Assembly: GCA_030598925.1 (NCBI GenBank)
Contig: JAUVPB010000001.1
Coordinates: 1-42,791, forward strand
Direction of reading: 5' to 3'
Source: Actinomycetes bacterium
GTDB taxonomy: Bacteria > Actinomycetota > Thermoleophilia > Gaiellales > Gaiellaceae
Length of the DNA: 42,791 bases
Under the pieces are notes generated by a model. The model saw only the letters and a list, made by a program, of their open reading frames with translations, did no database searches and had not been told where the DNA came from. Positions 19,883-27,429 of this stretch are shown piece by piece; the first letter of the stretch is position 1, and each line of letters opens with the position of its first letter. Both the position numbers and the translations under genes were made by a program.

Positions 19883-19989
19883 CGCTCGGCCGGGGGCGGG
19901 CGTGCCCTTAACACGGACTCAATGCCAGAAACACTCGCCTGAACACGCGGGCAATCGGGACTGAACGCCGGACGGATATAACCCTAGAC

Positions 19990-21525
19990 ATGACTAAATG
20001 GAATCCGGACGACCAGACGCCGCCAGCAAAGCCCGACGACCAGACGCCGCCAGCAAAGCCCGACGACGCGGCCGAACTGGAGGCCGGCCGCGAGTCGTCA
20101 CCACCGGCCGACGAGACGACGACTGACATGCCTGTCGCCGAAGAGTCGACGACCGAGATGCCAGTCGCCCAGGAGTCGGCCATTGACATGCCGGTCGCGC
20201 AGGGGACGACGACTGAGATGCCACTCGCTCCCGAGCCGAGCCCGAGTCCGAGCCCCGAGGAGCCGAAACAGCCGAGCCGCTGGCGCGGAAACCTCGCACG
20301 CGGCGGAGCGTTGCTCGCAGCGGCTGTAATCGGCGGAGGTATCGCCGCGGGCGTCGTCGTCGCCGTCGATGACGGCGGTGGCACCACTACTGTCGTACGC
20401 GACGCGGGGGCGGCGCCCGAACCGACTCTCACTCCCATCGCCGGCGAGGCCGACAGCGAGCCTTCGAGCACGACCGCCGATCTCGAGGTCTCAGGCCTCG
20501 ATGAGGTCTTGAGTGTCCAACAAATCTACGAGCGCTACTCACCCGGCGTCGTTCAGGTCAGGACGCTGACGGCGGCAGACGAGCTCGGCGAGAACGCACC
20601 CGACTTCTTTGGCCAGCAGCCGCGCGGGCTTGGCTCCGGCTTCGTGATCGACAAGGAAGGCCATATCGTCACGAACTTCCATGTCGTGGAAGACGCTGAG
20701 ACCGTCCAGGTCGTGTTCTCCGACGACGAGAATCCCGTCGAAGCAAAGGTTCTCGGTAGCGATCCTTCGACAGATATCGCCGTACTCGAGGTCGATACCG
20801 TCGGTCAGGCGCTCACGCCTATTCCGCTAGGCGATTCCGAAGAGATCGTCCCCGGCGATACGGCGATCGCCATCGGCAACCCCTTCGGATTGGACCGCAC
20901 CATCACGCAGGGGATCGTTAGCGCTCTACAGCGCAGTATCCGCGCGCCAGACGGTTTCCGAATCGACAACGTCATCCAGACCGACGCCCCGATCAACAGC
21001 GGCAACTCGGGTGGGCCGCTTCTCAACGACCGAGGTGAGGTGATCGGCGTGAATTCGCAAATCCTCACGGGCGGCGGCGCATCGGAGGGAAACGTCGGAA
21101 TCGGATTCGCCGTGCCCGTCAACACCGTACGCAACGTCGCGACGCAGATCCTCGAGACCGGCAAGGTGGAGCACGCATACCTCGGAGTGCGGATCCAGAC
21201 CGTCGACGAGGCGCTCATCGACAGCGTTCCGCTCGCTGCCGACGAGGGTGTGCTCGTCGCTGAGGTCACCGAGGGTAGCCCCGCAGACGACGCCGGCCTT
21301 GTTGGCGGAGAGCGCGACGTGATCGTGAACGGCGACAACTACATCGTCGGCGGTGACATCGTGACGCACGTCGACGGAGAGACCGTCATCGAGAGCCAGG
21401 AGCTTGTCGACATCGTCGCGAGCAAGCGGCCGGGTGACCAACTGACCCTCGAGATCGTCAGAGAGGACGGGACCACCGAAACACTCACAGTCGAGCTTGG
21501 GCGTCGGCCGCCTCCCGGTGGCTAG
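19990..21525 (+). CDS. HtrA/DegP-family trypsin-like serine protease with a C-terminal PDZ domain and a repetitive acidic N-terminus plus TM segment
   Basis: Catalytic motifs HIVTNFHVV, DIAVLE and GNSGGPLL. PDZ region GVLVAEVTEGSPADDAGL. TM segment ALLAAAVIGGGIAAGVVVAV. Confidence 0.9.
   Translation: MTKWNPDDQTPPAKPDDQTPPAKPDDAAELEAGRESSPPADETTTDMPVAEESTTEMPVAQESAIDMPVAQGTTTEMPLAPEPSPSPSPEEPKQPSRWRGNLARGGALLAAAVIGGGIAAGVVVAVDDGGGTTTVVRDAGAAPEPTLTPIAGEADSEPSSTTADLEVSGLDEVLSVQQIYERYSPGVVQVRTLTAADELGENAPDFFGQQPRGLGSGFVIDKEGHIVTNFHVVEDAETVQVVFSDDENPVEAKVLGSDPSTDIAVLEVDTVGQALTPIPLGDSEEIVPGDTAIAIGNPFGLDRTITQGIVSALQRSIRAPDGFRIDNVIQTDAPINSGNSGGPLLNDRGEVIGVNSQILTGGGASEGNVGIGFAVPVNTVRNVATQILETGKVEHAYLGVRIQTVDEALIDSVPLAADEGVLVAEVTEGSPADDAGLVGGERDVIVNGDNYIVGGDIVTHVDGETVIESQELVDIVASKRPGDQLTLEIVREDGTTETLTVELGRRPPPGG
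20008..20067 (+). repeat. Perfect 27-bp tandem duplication (2.2 copies) inside the htrA-like gene
   Basis: gacgaccagacgccgccagcaaagccc at 20008-20034 is repeated identically at 20035-20061, followed by a partial gacgac. It encodes DDQTPPAKP twice. Confidence 0.9.
20117..20236 (+). repeat. Four imperfect 30-bp tandem repeats inside the htrA-like gene
   Basis: Encodes TTTDMPVAEE / STTEMPVAQE / SAIDMPVAQG / TTTEMPLAPE. The DNA units share the core ga(c/g)atgcc(n)gtcgc. Confidence 0.8.
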
Positions 21526-21606
21526 CACGCTCTGCTTCCGCGGCCCAGCATCCTCCCTTCGGGCCAGAGGTCGTCCAGCCAGTACGGCCTGAACGGAAGC
21601 AAACGG

Positions 21607-21639
21607 CCGGAGGATCGATCCGCCCGCTCGATCCTCCGG
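21607..21639 (+). terminator. Perfect 12-bp stem hairpin downstream of the htrA-like gene
   Basis: ccggaggatcga (21607-21618), 9-nt loop, tcgatcctccgg (21628-21639). No U-tract follows. Confidence 0.4.
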
Positions 21640-21657
21640 TCACCTCCTCTCCTCCCG

Positions 21658-21691
21658 GTGCCGCAGCCGTCACGGCTGCGGCACTGTTTGT
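21658..21691 (+). terminator. Intrinsic-terminator-like hairpin with a U-rich tail
   Basis: gtgccgcagccg (21658-21669), loop tca, cggctgcggcac (21673-21684), followed by tgtttgt. Confidence 0.55.
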
Positions 21692-21711
21692 GCCGGGACT
21701 AGCATGAGTCC

Positions 21712-21930
21712 GTGGCAACACACCAGGAAACGCTGCAAGTGAGCGGCATCAGGTGCGAGCGCTGCGTCATGCGTCTGGGCGGCGTGCTCCAACGCGTCGA
21801 GGGCATCGAGGCGGCGAACGCGAATCTGATGGGGGACGTCTCGCTCTCGTGGGACGACGCAGCCGTCAGTCGCGACACGATCGTCCGTGCGCTCGAAGGC
21901 GGTGGCTTCCGGCTGCTCGCCGACAGCTAG
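21712..21930 (+). CDS. Heavy-metal-associated (HMA) domain protein, CopZ-like
   Basis: 72 aa. LQVSGIRCERCVMRLGGVLQRVEGIEAANANL...TIVRALEGGGF shows the ferredoxin-like HMA pattern with CxxC (CERC). GTG start. Confidence 0.72.
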   Translation: MATHQETLQVSGIRCERCVMRLGGVLQRVEGIEAANANLMGDVSLSWDDAAVSRDTIVRALEGGGFRLLADS

Positions 21931-21934
21931 ACCT

Positions 21935-21960
21935 GGAATACCGCAACGCTCATGGGCGTT
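21935..21960 (+). promoter_or_regulatory. SigR/SigH-type promoter GGAAT-N18-GTT immediately upstream of the ECF sigma gene (auto-regulatory)
   Basis: GGAAT at 21935-21939, exactly 18 nt spacer, GTT at 21958-21960. The ATG at 21971 is only about 10 nt downstream, implying a very short leader. Confidence 0.6.
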
Positions 21961-21970
21961 ATCACTACCG

Positions 21971-22555
21971 ATGCTAGTGTCAGACGCAGTGGCTGACGCC
22001 TCCTCAGACGACGCCCGTGCGATCGCAGCCGAGGCGCGTGACCGCACACGTTTCGAGGAGGAGGCGCTTGAGTTATCCGATCAGGTGTACCGGGTCGCGC
22101 GCCGGCTGGCCGGGACTCGAGAAGAAGCCGAAGACCTCGTTCAGGAGACGTACGTGCGGGCGCTCCGTAACTGGCAGTCCTACGAGCCCGGCACCAACCT
22201 CCGCGCCTGGCTGCTTCGCATCCTCACGAACCTCAACATCGACCGCGGCCGACGGACGCAACGTGCGCCCGACATGCAACCGCTCGAAGAGGGTGACTAC
22301 TTCCTCTACGGGAAGCTCGACGACCAGGCCGAGTCCGATGTAGAGAAGCTCATCGGCCAGCTGTCCCAGGACACGATCGTCGACGCGCTCGCGGCCGTGC
22401 CGCACGATTTTCGCGACGTCGTCGTTCTCGTAGACCTCAGCGACTTCTCGTACGCGGACGCTGCGCGCATTCTTGACATTCCGATAGGAACCGTGATGTC
22501 ACGCCTGCACCGGGGCAGGCGGGTCCTCAAGCAAGAGCTGGCGACCGGAAGGTGA
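21971..22555 (+). CDS. ECF sigma factor, SigH/SigR (thiol-oxidative stress) type
   Basis: Region 2 EAEDLVQETYVRALRNWQSYEPGTNLRAWLLRILTNLNIDRGRR. Region 4 DFSYADAARILDIPIGTVMSRLHRGRRVLK. A ZAS anti-sigma gene follows and a GGAAT-N18-GTT promoter precedes. Confidence 0.88.
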   Translation: MLVSDAVADASSDDARAIAAEARDRTRFEEEALELSDQVYRVARRLAGTREEAEDLVQETYVRALRNWQSYEPGTNLRAWLLRILTNLNIDRGRRTQRAPDMQPLEEGDYFLYGKLDDQAESDVEKLIGQLSQDTIVDALAAVPHDFRDVVVLVDLSDFSYADAARILDIPIGTVMSRLHRGRRVLKQELATGR

Positions 22556-22562
22556 GTGCTGC

Positions 22563-22814
22563 ATGACGGCCCACGCGGACTGTTCCAAGTGCGAGGAGCT
22601 TCTCCAGCCGTTCGTTGATCGGAACCTCAGCGATCAGGAGCGTCTGACGGTCCAGCTCCACCTCGAAGGTTGCCCGTATTGCGCTCGCTGCTACCGGCTC
22701 GAGGAAGTTCTCTGGAAACACGTGCGCAGCTGCTGCGACGAGCAGGCCGGCATCGAATTCGCTTCGAGCGAGCTCAAGCAGAAGCTGTCCGAGCTCCGAA
22801 CGCCTCTCGTCTGA
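22563..22814 (+). CDS. Zinc-binding anti-sigma factor (ZAS; RsrA/RshA-like)
   Basis: 83 aa with an N-terminal Cys pair (CSKC) and the HxxxCxxC motif (HLEGCPYC). It lies 8 nt after the sigma gene. Confidence 0.85.
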   Translation: MTAHADCSKCEELLQPFVDRNLSDQERLTVQLHLEGCPYCARCYRLEEVLWKHVRSCCDEQAGIEFASSELKQKLSELRTPLV

Positions 22815-22817
22815 CGC

Positions 22818-23690
22818 TTAGTCGAGCGGCGCCTCAGCGCCAGCGATCACGACCAGTCGCCTTGGCTCGTCACCGCCAGGCAGCTCCTGCGTTGCGACGC
22901 CGAGCTCCTCAGCCAGTCGCTCCGCGATGCCGGCACTGCCCGGTGCGAAGTACACCCGCGTCTCGGGGTAATCCCGGCGCGGGGCGTTCGTCACTTCTCT
23001 GATGTCGTACGAGAGCCCCGCGATCCTGTCCGCCAGGCGAGCGGCGGTGCGGCCGACCGTTGATCCGTTAAGGACGTCGACCTCGATCTCCCAGGGCTCC
23101 GGGAGTGATGCCTCGAGTGCCGGTGCCGGGAGGAGGGTCGCCCCATTGACCTCGGCGGGGCTGGTCTTGTCGCCGAATCGCGGCACGATCACGAACCAGG
23201 CGAGAAGCACCGCGGCTGCCACGAACGCGAGCGCTGCGGCGATGCGCGTCCGTGGACGCGATGCGATCAGGGACTCGTGAACCGGCAGGCCCGCGAGCTG
23301 TCGCGCTTCGCGTTCCGAGATTCCGAGCGCAGAGCTGTAGAGGATCGCCGCGGCGATAGCCTGGCGCTGCGAGGCAAATCGATAGAGACGGCTCTGCTCG
23401 AGCGCCTCGACTGCCTCAGGCGTGAGGCCCGCTCGCTCGGCGGTTTCCTCGACGGTGAGTTTCCGACGGAGTCGCGCCAGTCGCAGCGGCGAAACCTCGG
23501 AGCCTGCGGCGACGGAGCTCGCTGCCTCGGAGCTCGCGGCTGCGGCGCCCGAGGTATCGGAGCCCGTGGCCTCGGAGCCAGTGGCCTTCGAGGGGGCCGG
23601 CGGCGGCAGGTGCGGGTCGGTCGGCGCCTGAGCGAACGAAGGGATTTCCGCGGCCGGCGAGCCCGGATCGTCGCGGGGGAGCGTCTTCAT
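22818..23690 (-). CDS. Membrane protein with an N-terminal XRE-type HTH, one TM segment and a C-terminal LytR_C domain
   Basis: HTH LARLRRKLTVEETAERAGLTPEAVEALEQ. TM IAAALAFVAAAVLLAWFVIV. C-terminus IEVDVLNGSTVGRTAARLADRIAGLSYDIREVTNAP..YPETRVYF is LytR_C-like. Confidence 0.7.
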   Translation of the reverse strand: MKTLPRDDPGSPAAEIPSFAQAPTDPHLPPPAPSKATGSEATGSDTSGAAAASSEAASSVAAGSEVSPLRLARLRRKLTVEETAERAGLTPEAVEALEQSRLYRFASQRQAIAAAILYSSALGISEREARQLAGLPVHESLIASRPRTRIAAALAFVAAAVLLAWFVIVPRFGDKTSPAEVNGATLLPAPALEASLPEPWEIEVDVLNGSTVGRTAARLADRIAGLSYDIREVTNAPRRDYPETRVYFAPGSAGIAERLAEELGVATQELPGGDEPRRLVVIAGAEAPLD

Positions 23691-24235
23691 ACATTGGAGT
23701 TACCGCTCAGCCGCTCCAGATCCTGCTCGGTATCCACATCGCCGGGCTCGGGCAGGTCGCTGCAGTCGACGAGGCTGGCGGCTAGTGCACGACCGCCGTC
23801 GGTGGGAACGTTCTCCCACTCAGTGCGTGCGAGCACGACAGGGTGGTCCCGCTCGCCGTCGTAGCTCGCCGCCAGGATCGTGCCGTCTCCGCGCCGCCAA
23901 GCCGCCACGACGCGCCCGATCGCGCGCGGGTCGACGTGCGGACCGTCGGCGAGGACAACGACGGCGGCTGCCGTCTCCGGGCGGAGTTCGGACAGCCCGC
24001 AGCGAAGCGACGCGCCGGGTCCATCCGCCCAGGCCGGACAATCGACCAGCCGCGCCGTCGCGGGGATTGCGACGTCGATCGTATGTGCGCCCGCAACCAC
24101 CACGATCTCGGTGAGGCCAGCCGCTTCGACTCCGCGCAGCACTGCTGGCAGCAGGAGATTCTGTTTCGGGCTACCGAATCGGGTCGCGGCTCCGGCGGCG
24201 AGGATCACCGCGGCGACAGGTCCGGTCTGTTCCAC
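23687..24235 (-). CDS. MobA-like NTP-transferase (MocA/YgfJ-type molybdenum-cofactor nucleotidylyltransferase family)
   Basis: AAVILAAGAATRFGSPKQ is the N-terminal nucleotide-binding motif; 182 aa. The GTG start overlaps the upstream stop by 1 nt. Confidence 0.72.
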   Translation of the reverse strand: MEQTGPVAAVILAAGAATRFGSPKQNLLLPAVLRGVEAAGLTEIVVVAGAHTIDVAIPATARLVDCPAWADGPGASLRCGLSELRPETAAAVVVLADGPHVDPRAIGRVVAAWRRGDGTILAASYDGERDHPVVLARTEWENVPTDGGRALAASLVDCSDLPEPGDVDTEQDLERLSGNSNV

Positions 24236-25395
24236 TACTCGTGTCGGCTGAGCGCGTTGATATCCGCCACGTGTAGCAGACGCATGACGAGGCGGGTGAG
24301 CGCGAAGGCTTCGGCCTCGTCCTCGGTCTCAGCAACTTGCGCCCAGAGGTCCCGCGCGCACCCGAGGTACTCGCTCAGCTCCTCGAGCAACGCCGACCGA
24401 CTCCCGTTCGACCCGCAGGTGTTCAGTGCGAGTCCGAGGACGCCGATCCGATCGGGCTGACCGCTCCAGAGCATCGGAATCGCCATCGCGACGTAGTGAT
24501 GGATGCGTAGGAGCGTGACGGGCTGCTCCAGGCTGGGAACGCCGGGAGGGTCTGTCGGGGTGGGCGGTGAGCCTTCGCTGATCGCCCGCGCTGTCCCGCC
24601 GACAACTGCCTTCACGTGCTCATCCGAGTAGCCCATGACAGAGGCCACACGGAGCACGAGGTGGAGCGAGCCGGGCTGCTGACCGTAGGGGTAGTCGGAC
24701 GCGTACGCAATCTGCTCGGGCGCGACGCGGCCGAACAGATCTACGAGGTCATAGAAGCTCCAGGCCGAGGTGTCGAAGAAGACGCCGGGGCGCCCGCCGA
24801 AATGGCCGGTGAGACGCTCGAGATCGGCAACGCCGGCGTGCGCGATGATGAGCTGCGCCTGGTCGTGGTTCGACACGAGCCGCTCGAGGTCATCGGCAAT
24901 CGGTGGCAGGCCGCGGCCGCCGTGGATGAGGATCGGTACCCCATACTCCTCCGAGAGCGCGAACACGGGTGCGAGCCGGTCGTCTCCGACCGAGAAGCCC
25001 TGTGATCGCGGATGCAGCTTGATCCCGGCTCCACCGAGGGCCAAGACGCGCCGAGCCTCCTCGATCGGATTGTCCTCGAGGTCGAGACGCACGAACGGCA
25101 CGAGCTTTCCGTCTGACGCCGTTGAGGCGGCGAGCGTTCGGTCGTTGGCCGCCCGGAACGCGGGCACCCTATCCGGCTCGTCGAGGCAGAAGCAGAACGC
25201 CCCGGTTGCCTTGCTCCCGTCCAGGAAGGCAAGCAGTTCCTCGCGGCGCGAGACGAAGCCGTCGATGTCGGTGCCGACGTGCACGTGCGCGTCGAAGACG
25301 GCCGCCCCCTCAGGCACCTGGGAGAGCGCTTCTGCGTAGGCTTGCGCGAGCAGTTGCTCAGCGCGGCTGCGAAGCTGGCTCATACAGCCGACCAT
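24235..25395 (-). CDS. Amidohydrolase-2 family metal-dependent hydrolase with a roughly 110-aa C-terminal extension
   Basis: FDAHVHVG.., ..KLHPRSQGF.., ..ILIHGG.., ..IIAHAG.., ..FFDTSAW.., ..ASDYPYG: the TIM-barrel amidohydrolase motif series. Confidence 0.72.
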   Translation of the reverse strand: MVGCMSQLRSRAEQLLAQAYAEALSQVPEGAAVFDAHVHVGTDIDGFVSRREELLAFLDGSKATGAFCFCLDEPDRVPAFRAANDRTLAASTASDGKLVPFVRLDLEDNPIEEARRVLALGGAGIKLHPRSQGFSVGDDRLAPVFALSEEYGVPILIHGGRGLPPIADDLERLVSNHDQAQLIIAHAGVADLERLTGHFGGRPGVFFDTSAWSFYDLVDLFGRVAPEQIAYASDYPYGQQPGSLHLVLRVASVMGYSDEHVKAVVGGTARAISEGSPPTPTDPPGVPSLEQPVTLLRIHHYVAMAIPMLWSGQPDRIGVLGLALNTCGSNGSRSALLEELSEYLGCARDLWAQVAETEDEAEAFALTRLVMRLLHVADINALSRHE

Positions 25396-25406
25396 AGCTC
25401 ACGCGC

Positions 25407-25427
25407 CTTGCACGTCCGGCGTGCAAG
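25407..25427. promoter_or_regulatory. 8-bp inverted repeat in the divergent intergenic region (candidate operator)
   Basis: CTTGCACG tccgg CGTGCAAG lies between the amidohydrolase start (25395) and the FMN-reductase start (25467). Confidence 0.3.
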
Positions 25428-25466
25428 CATCCAGCTAGACGACATCGCCTGAGGAGGGCTAGGTCA

Positions 25467-26027
25467 ATGACCGAGACGATTAACGTTGTGGCTATCGCCG
25501 GAAGTTTGCGGCGGGCCTCGTTCAACCGCGGCCTCGTCCGTGCTGCGCTCGAGCTGGAGGTGCCCGGGTTGCAGGTCGATGAGTTCGATATCGCGGGCGT
25601 ACCGCTCTACAACGGCGATGTCGAGGCGGCCGGTAATCCTCCCGCGGTCACGGCTCTCAAGACGACCATCAAGGAAGCGGATGGGCTGCTGGTCGCGACG
25701 CCTGAGTACAACCGCGGCATGCCCGGCGTGCTGAAGAACGCGCTCGACTGGGCCTCGCGCCCGCCTGATCAAGCGTTGCGCGGGAAGCCCGTCGCGTTGA
25801 TCGGTGCCACCCCTGGCGGGTTCGGCACGCGCTCGGCTCAGTTCCAGATACGGCAGATTCTCGGCAACCCTGGCTGCGCCGTGCTCGCGAAGCCGGAGCT
25901 CTGGGTGTCCGGCGCGTCCGAGAAGTTCAACGAGGCCGGCGACCTCACGGACGACGACGTCCGGCAGGAGCTGGGCGACGTGCTCAGCGCGTTCCGGAGC
26001 TGGATCGTGTCAACCGCCCAGTCCTGA
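25467..26027 (+). CDS. NAD(P)H-dependent FMN reductase family oxidoreductase
   Basis: VVAIAGSLRRASFNR...ATPEYNRGMPGVLKNALDWASRP is the flavodoxin-like FMN_red signature. Confidence 0.85.
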   Translation: MTETINVVAIAGSLRRASFNRGLVRAALELEVPGLQVDEFDIAGVPLYNGDVEAAGNPPAVTALKTTIKEADGLLVATPEYNRGMPGVLKNALDWASRPPDQALRGKPVALIGATPGGFGTRSAQFQIRQILGNPGCAVLAKPELWVSGASEKFNEAGDLTDDDVRQELGDVLSAFRSWIVSTAQS

Positions 26028-26040
26028 GTTCGACTGGTGG

Positions 26041-27309
26041 TCAGGCGTTGAGCAGAGGCTCGAATCGCTCAGCGTCTTCGAAAGGCCCGATCAGTGCCAG
26101 GTTGAGGCGGTCGTCCCGTATGACGTCCTGCGCGACGCGCTGAATGTCCTCGGCCGTCACCGCGTCGAGACTGTCCAGCACGTCGTCCGGTTCACGCACG
26201 GCGCCCTCGAGTACAGCGCCACGGAGGCCGAACATGATCAGGCCGCGCGGGTCCTCCAGACCCAGGATGAGTCTTCCCTTCGAGTAGTTGCGCGCCTTCT
26301 CGAGTTCGTCCGCCGCGACCGGCTTTTCGGCGATTCGCCGGAACTCCGCCACGATCGTCTCGATCGCCTCGTCGATGCGTGCGATGTCAACGCCGCCCTG
26401 GGCGAATAGCGTGCCGGTGTCGGTGTATGCATGGTTGTGGGCATAGATGTAGTACGCGAGGCCTCGACGTTCGCGAACCTCCGTGAAGAGTCGCGAGGAC
26501 ATACCGCCGCCGAGTACCGTCGCGAGTAGGCCGAGCGCGTAGCGGTCTGGGTGTTCGAGCGGATAGCTGTGCACGCCGAAGCGCAGGTGCGCCTGGTCCG
26601 ATTCCTTGTGATGTGCCTTGACGCGAGCCTGCGCCTGGCTCCAGCTCACTTCGGCCGGCTCCTCGGTCGAGCCGTTGGCGACATCGCCGAGCAGTTCCTC
26701 GAGCCGCGGGACGAGGTCGTCGCCGAGCGCACCACCAACGCCGGCCACCATCCGCGGGGCGCGGTACCAGCTATCGAGGTACTCGAGAAACGTGTCGTGG
26801 GTTGCCGCGCGTACCGTCTCCTTCGTACCGATGATGTCCCAACCGAGCGGTTGGTCGCCGTAGAGAAGCTCGTCGTACACCGAGTCCACGAAGTCGCGTG
26901 GCGTGTCGATGTACATGTTCATCTCTTCGATGATCACGCCCTTCTCGCGCTCGATCTCCTCCGGATCGAATCGGGAGTTGCGCAGCATGTCGACAAGCAC
27001 GTCGAGTGCGACGTCTCGATGCTCCGCTGCGCACTTGACGTAGTAGCCGGTGTACTCCTTGCCGGTGAAGGCGTTGAACTCGCCACCGATCGCGTCGATC
27101 TCGCCTGCGATATCCCGCGCGGTCGGCCGGCGCTCCGTGCCCTTGAAGAACATATGCTCGGCGAAGTGCGCGATGCCGTTCGCGCTCGGTATCTCGTAGC
27201 GCGAACCTGCGGCGATCATGATGAAGCAGGCGACCGATTTTGCGTGCTCCATCGGCGCGGTCACGACGCGTAGCCCGTTTGTCAGTGTGGTCGTTTCGAA
27301 TGCGTTCAT
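26041..27309 (-). CDS. M16 family zinc metallopeptidase (pitrilysin/insulinase-like)
   Basis: Inverted zinc motif HxxEH in GIAHFAEHMFFKGT. The start is taken at MNAFETTTLTNGLRV (27309) rather than the track start at 27369. Confidence 0.9.
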   Translation of the reverse strand: MNAFETTTLTNGLRVVTAPMEHAKSVACFIMIAAGSRYEIPSANGIAHFAEHMFFKGTERRPTARDIAGEIDAIGGEFNAFTGKEYTGYYVKCAAEHRDVALDVLVDMLRNSRFDPEEIEREKGVIIEEMNMYIDTPRDFVDSVYDELLYGDQPLGWDIIGTKETVRAATHDTFLEYLDSWYRAPRMVAGVGGALGDDLVPRLEELLGDVANGSTEEPAEVSWSQAQARVKAHHKESDQAHLRFGVHSYPLEHPDRYALGLLATVLGGGMSSRLFTEVRERRGLAYYIYAHNHAYTDTGTLFAQGGVDIARIDEAIETIVAEFRRIAEKPVAADELEKARNYSKGRLILGLEDPRGLIMFGLRGAVLEGAVREPDDVLDSLDAVTAEDIQRVAQDVIRDDRLNLALIGPFEDAERFEPLLNA

Positions 27310-27429
27310 GCCGGCAATCCTAGTTTGCCCAGTGCATGTGGCAGCGGCACCAAGGGGACGAATACTCACCCACTGCCGTACCGAAGATCGCTCGCGAGAC
27401 CAGATTTGGAGCGGCGTTGGACTGGCGCG

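Noticed and set aside
20008-20236. Tandem direct repeats that could superficially suggest a CRISPR-like array
   Set aside because: The units are directly adjacent with no spacers. They are 27 and 30 bp, in frame, inside a protease gene, and encode a repetitive peptide. No cas genes are present.
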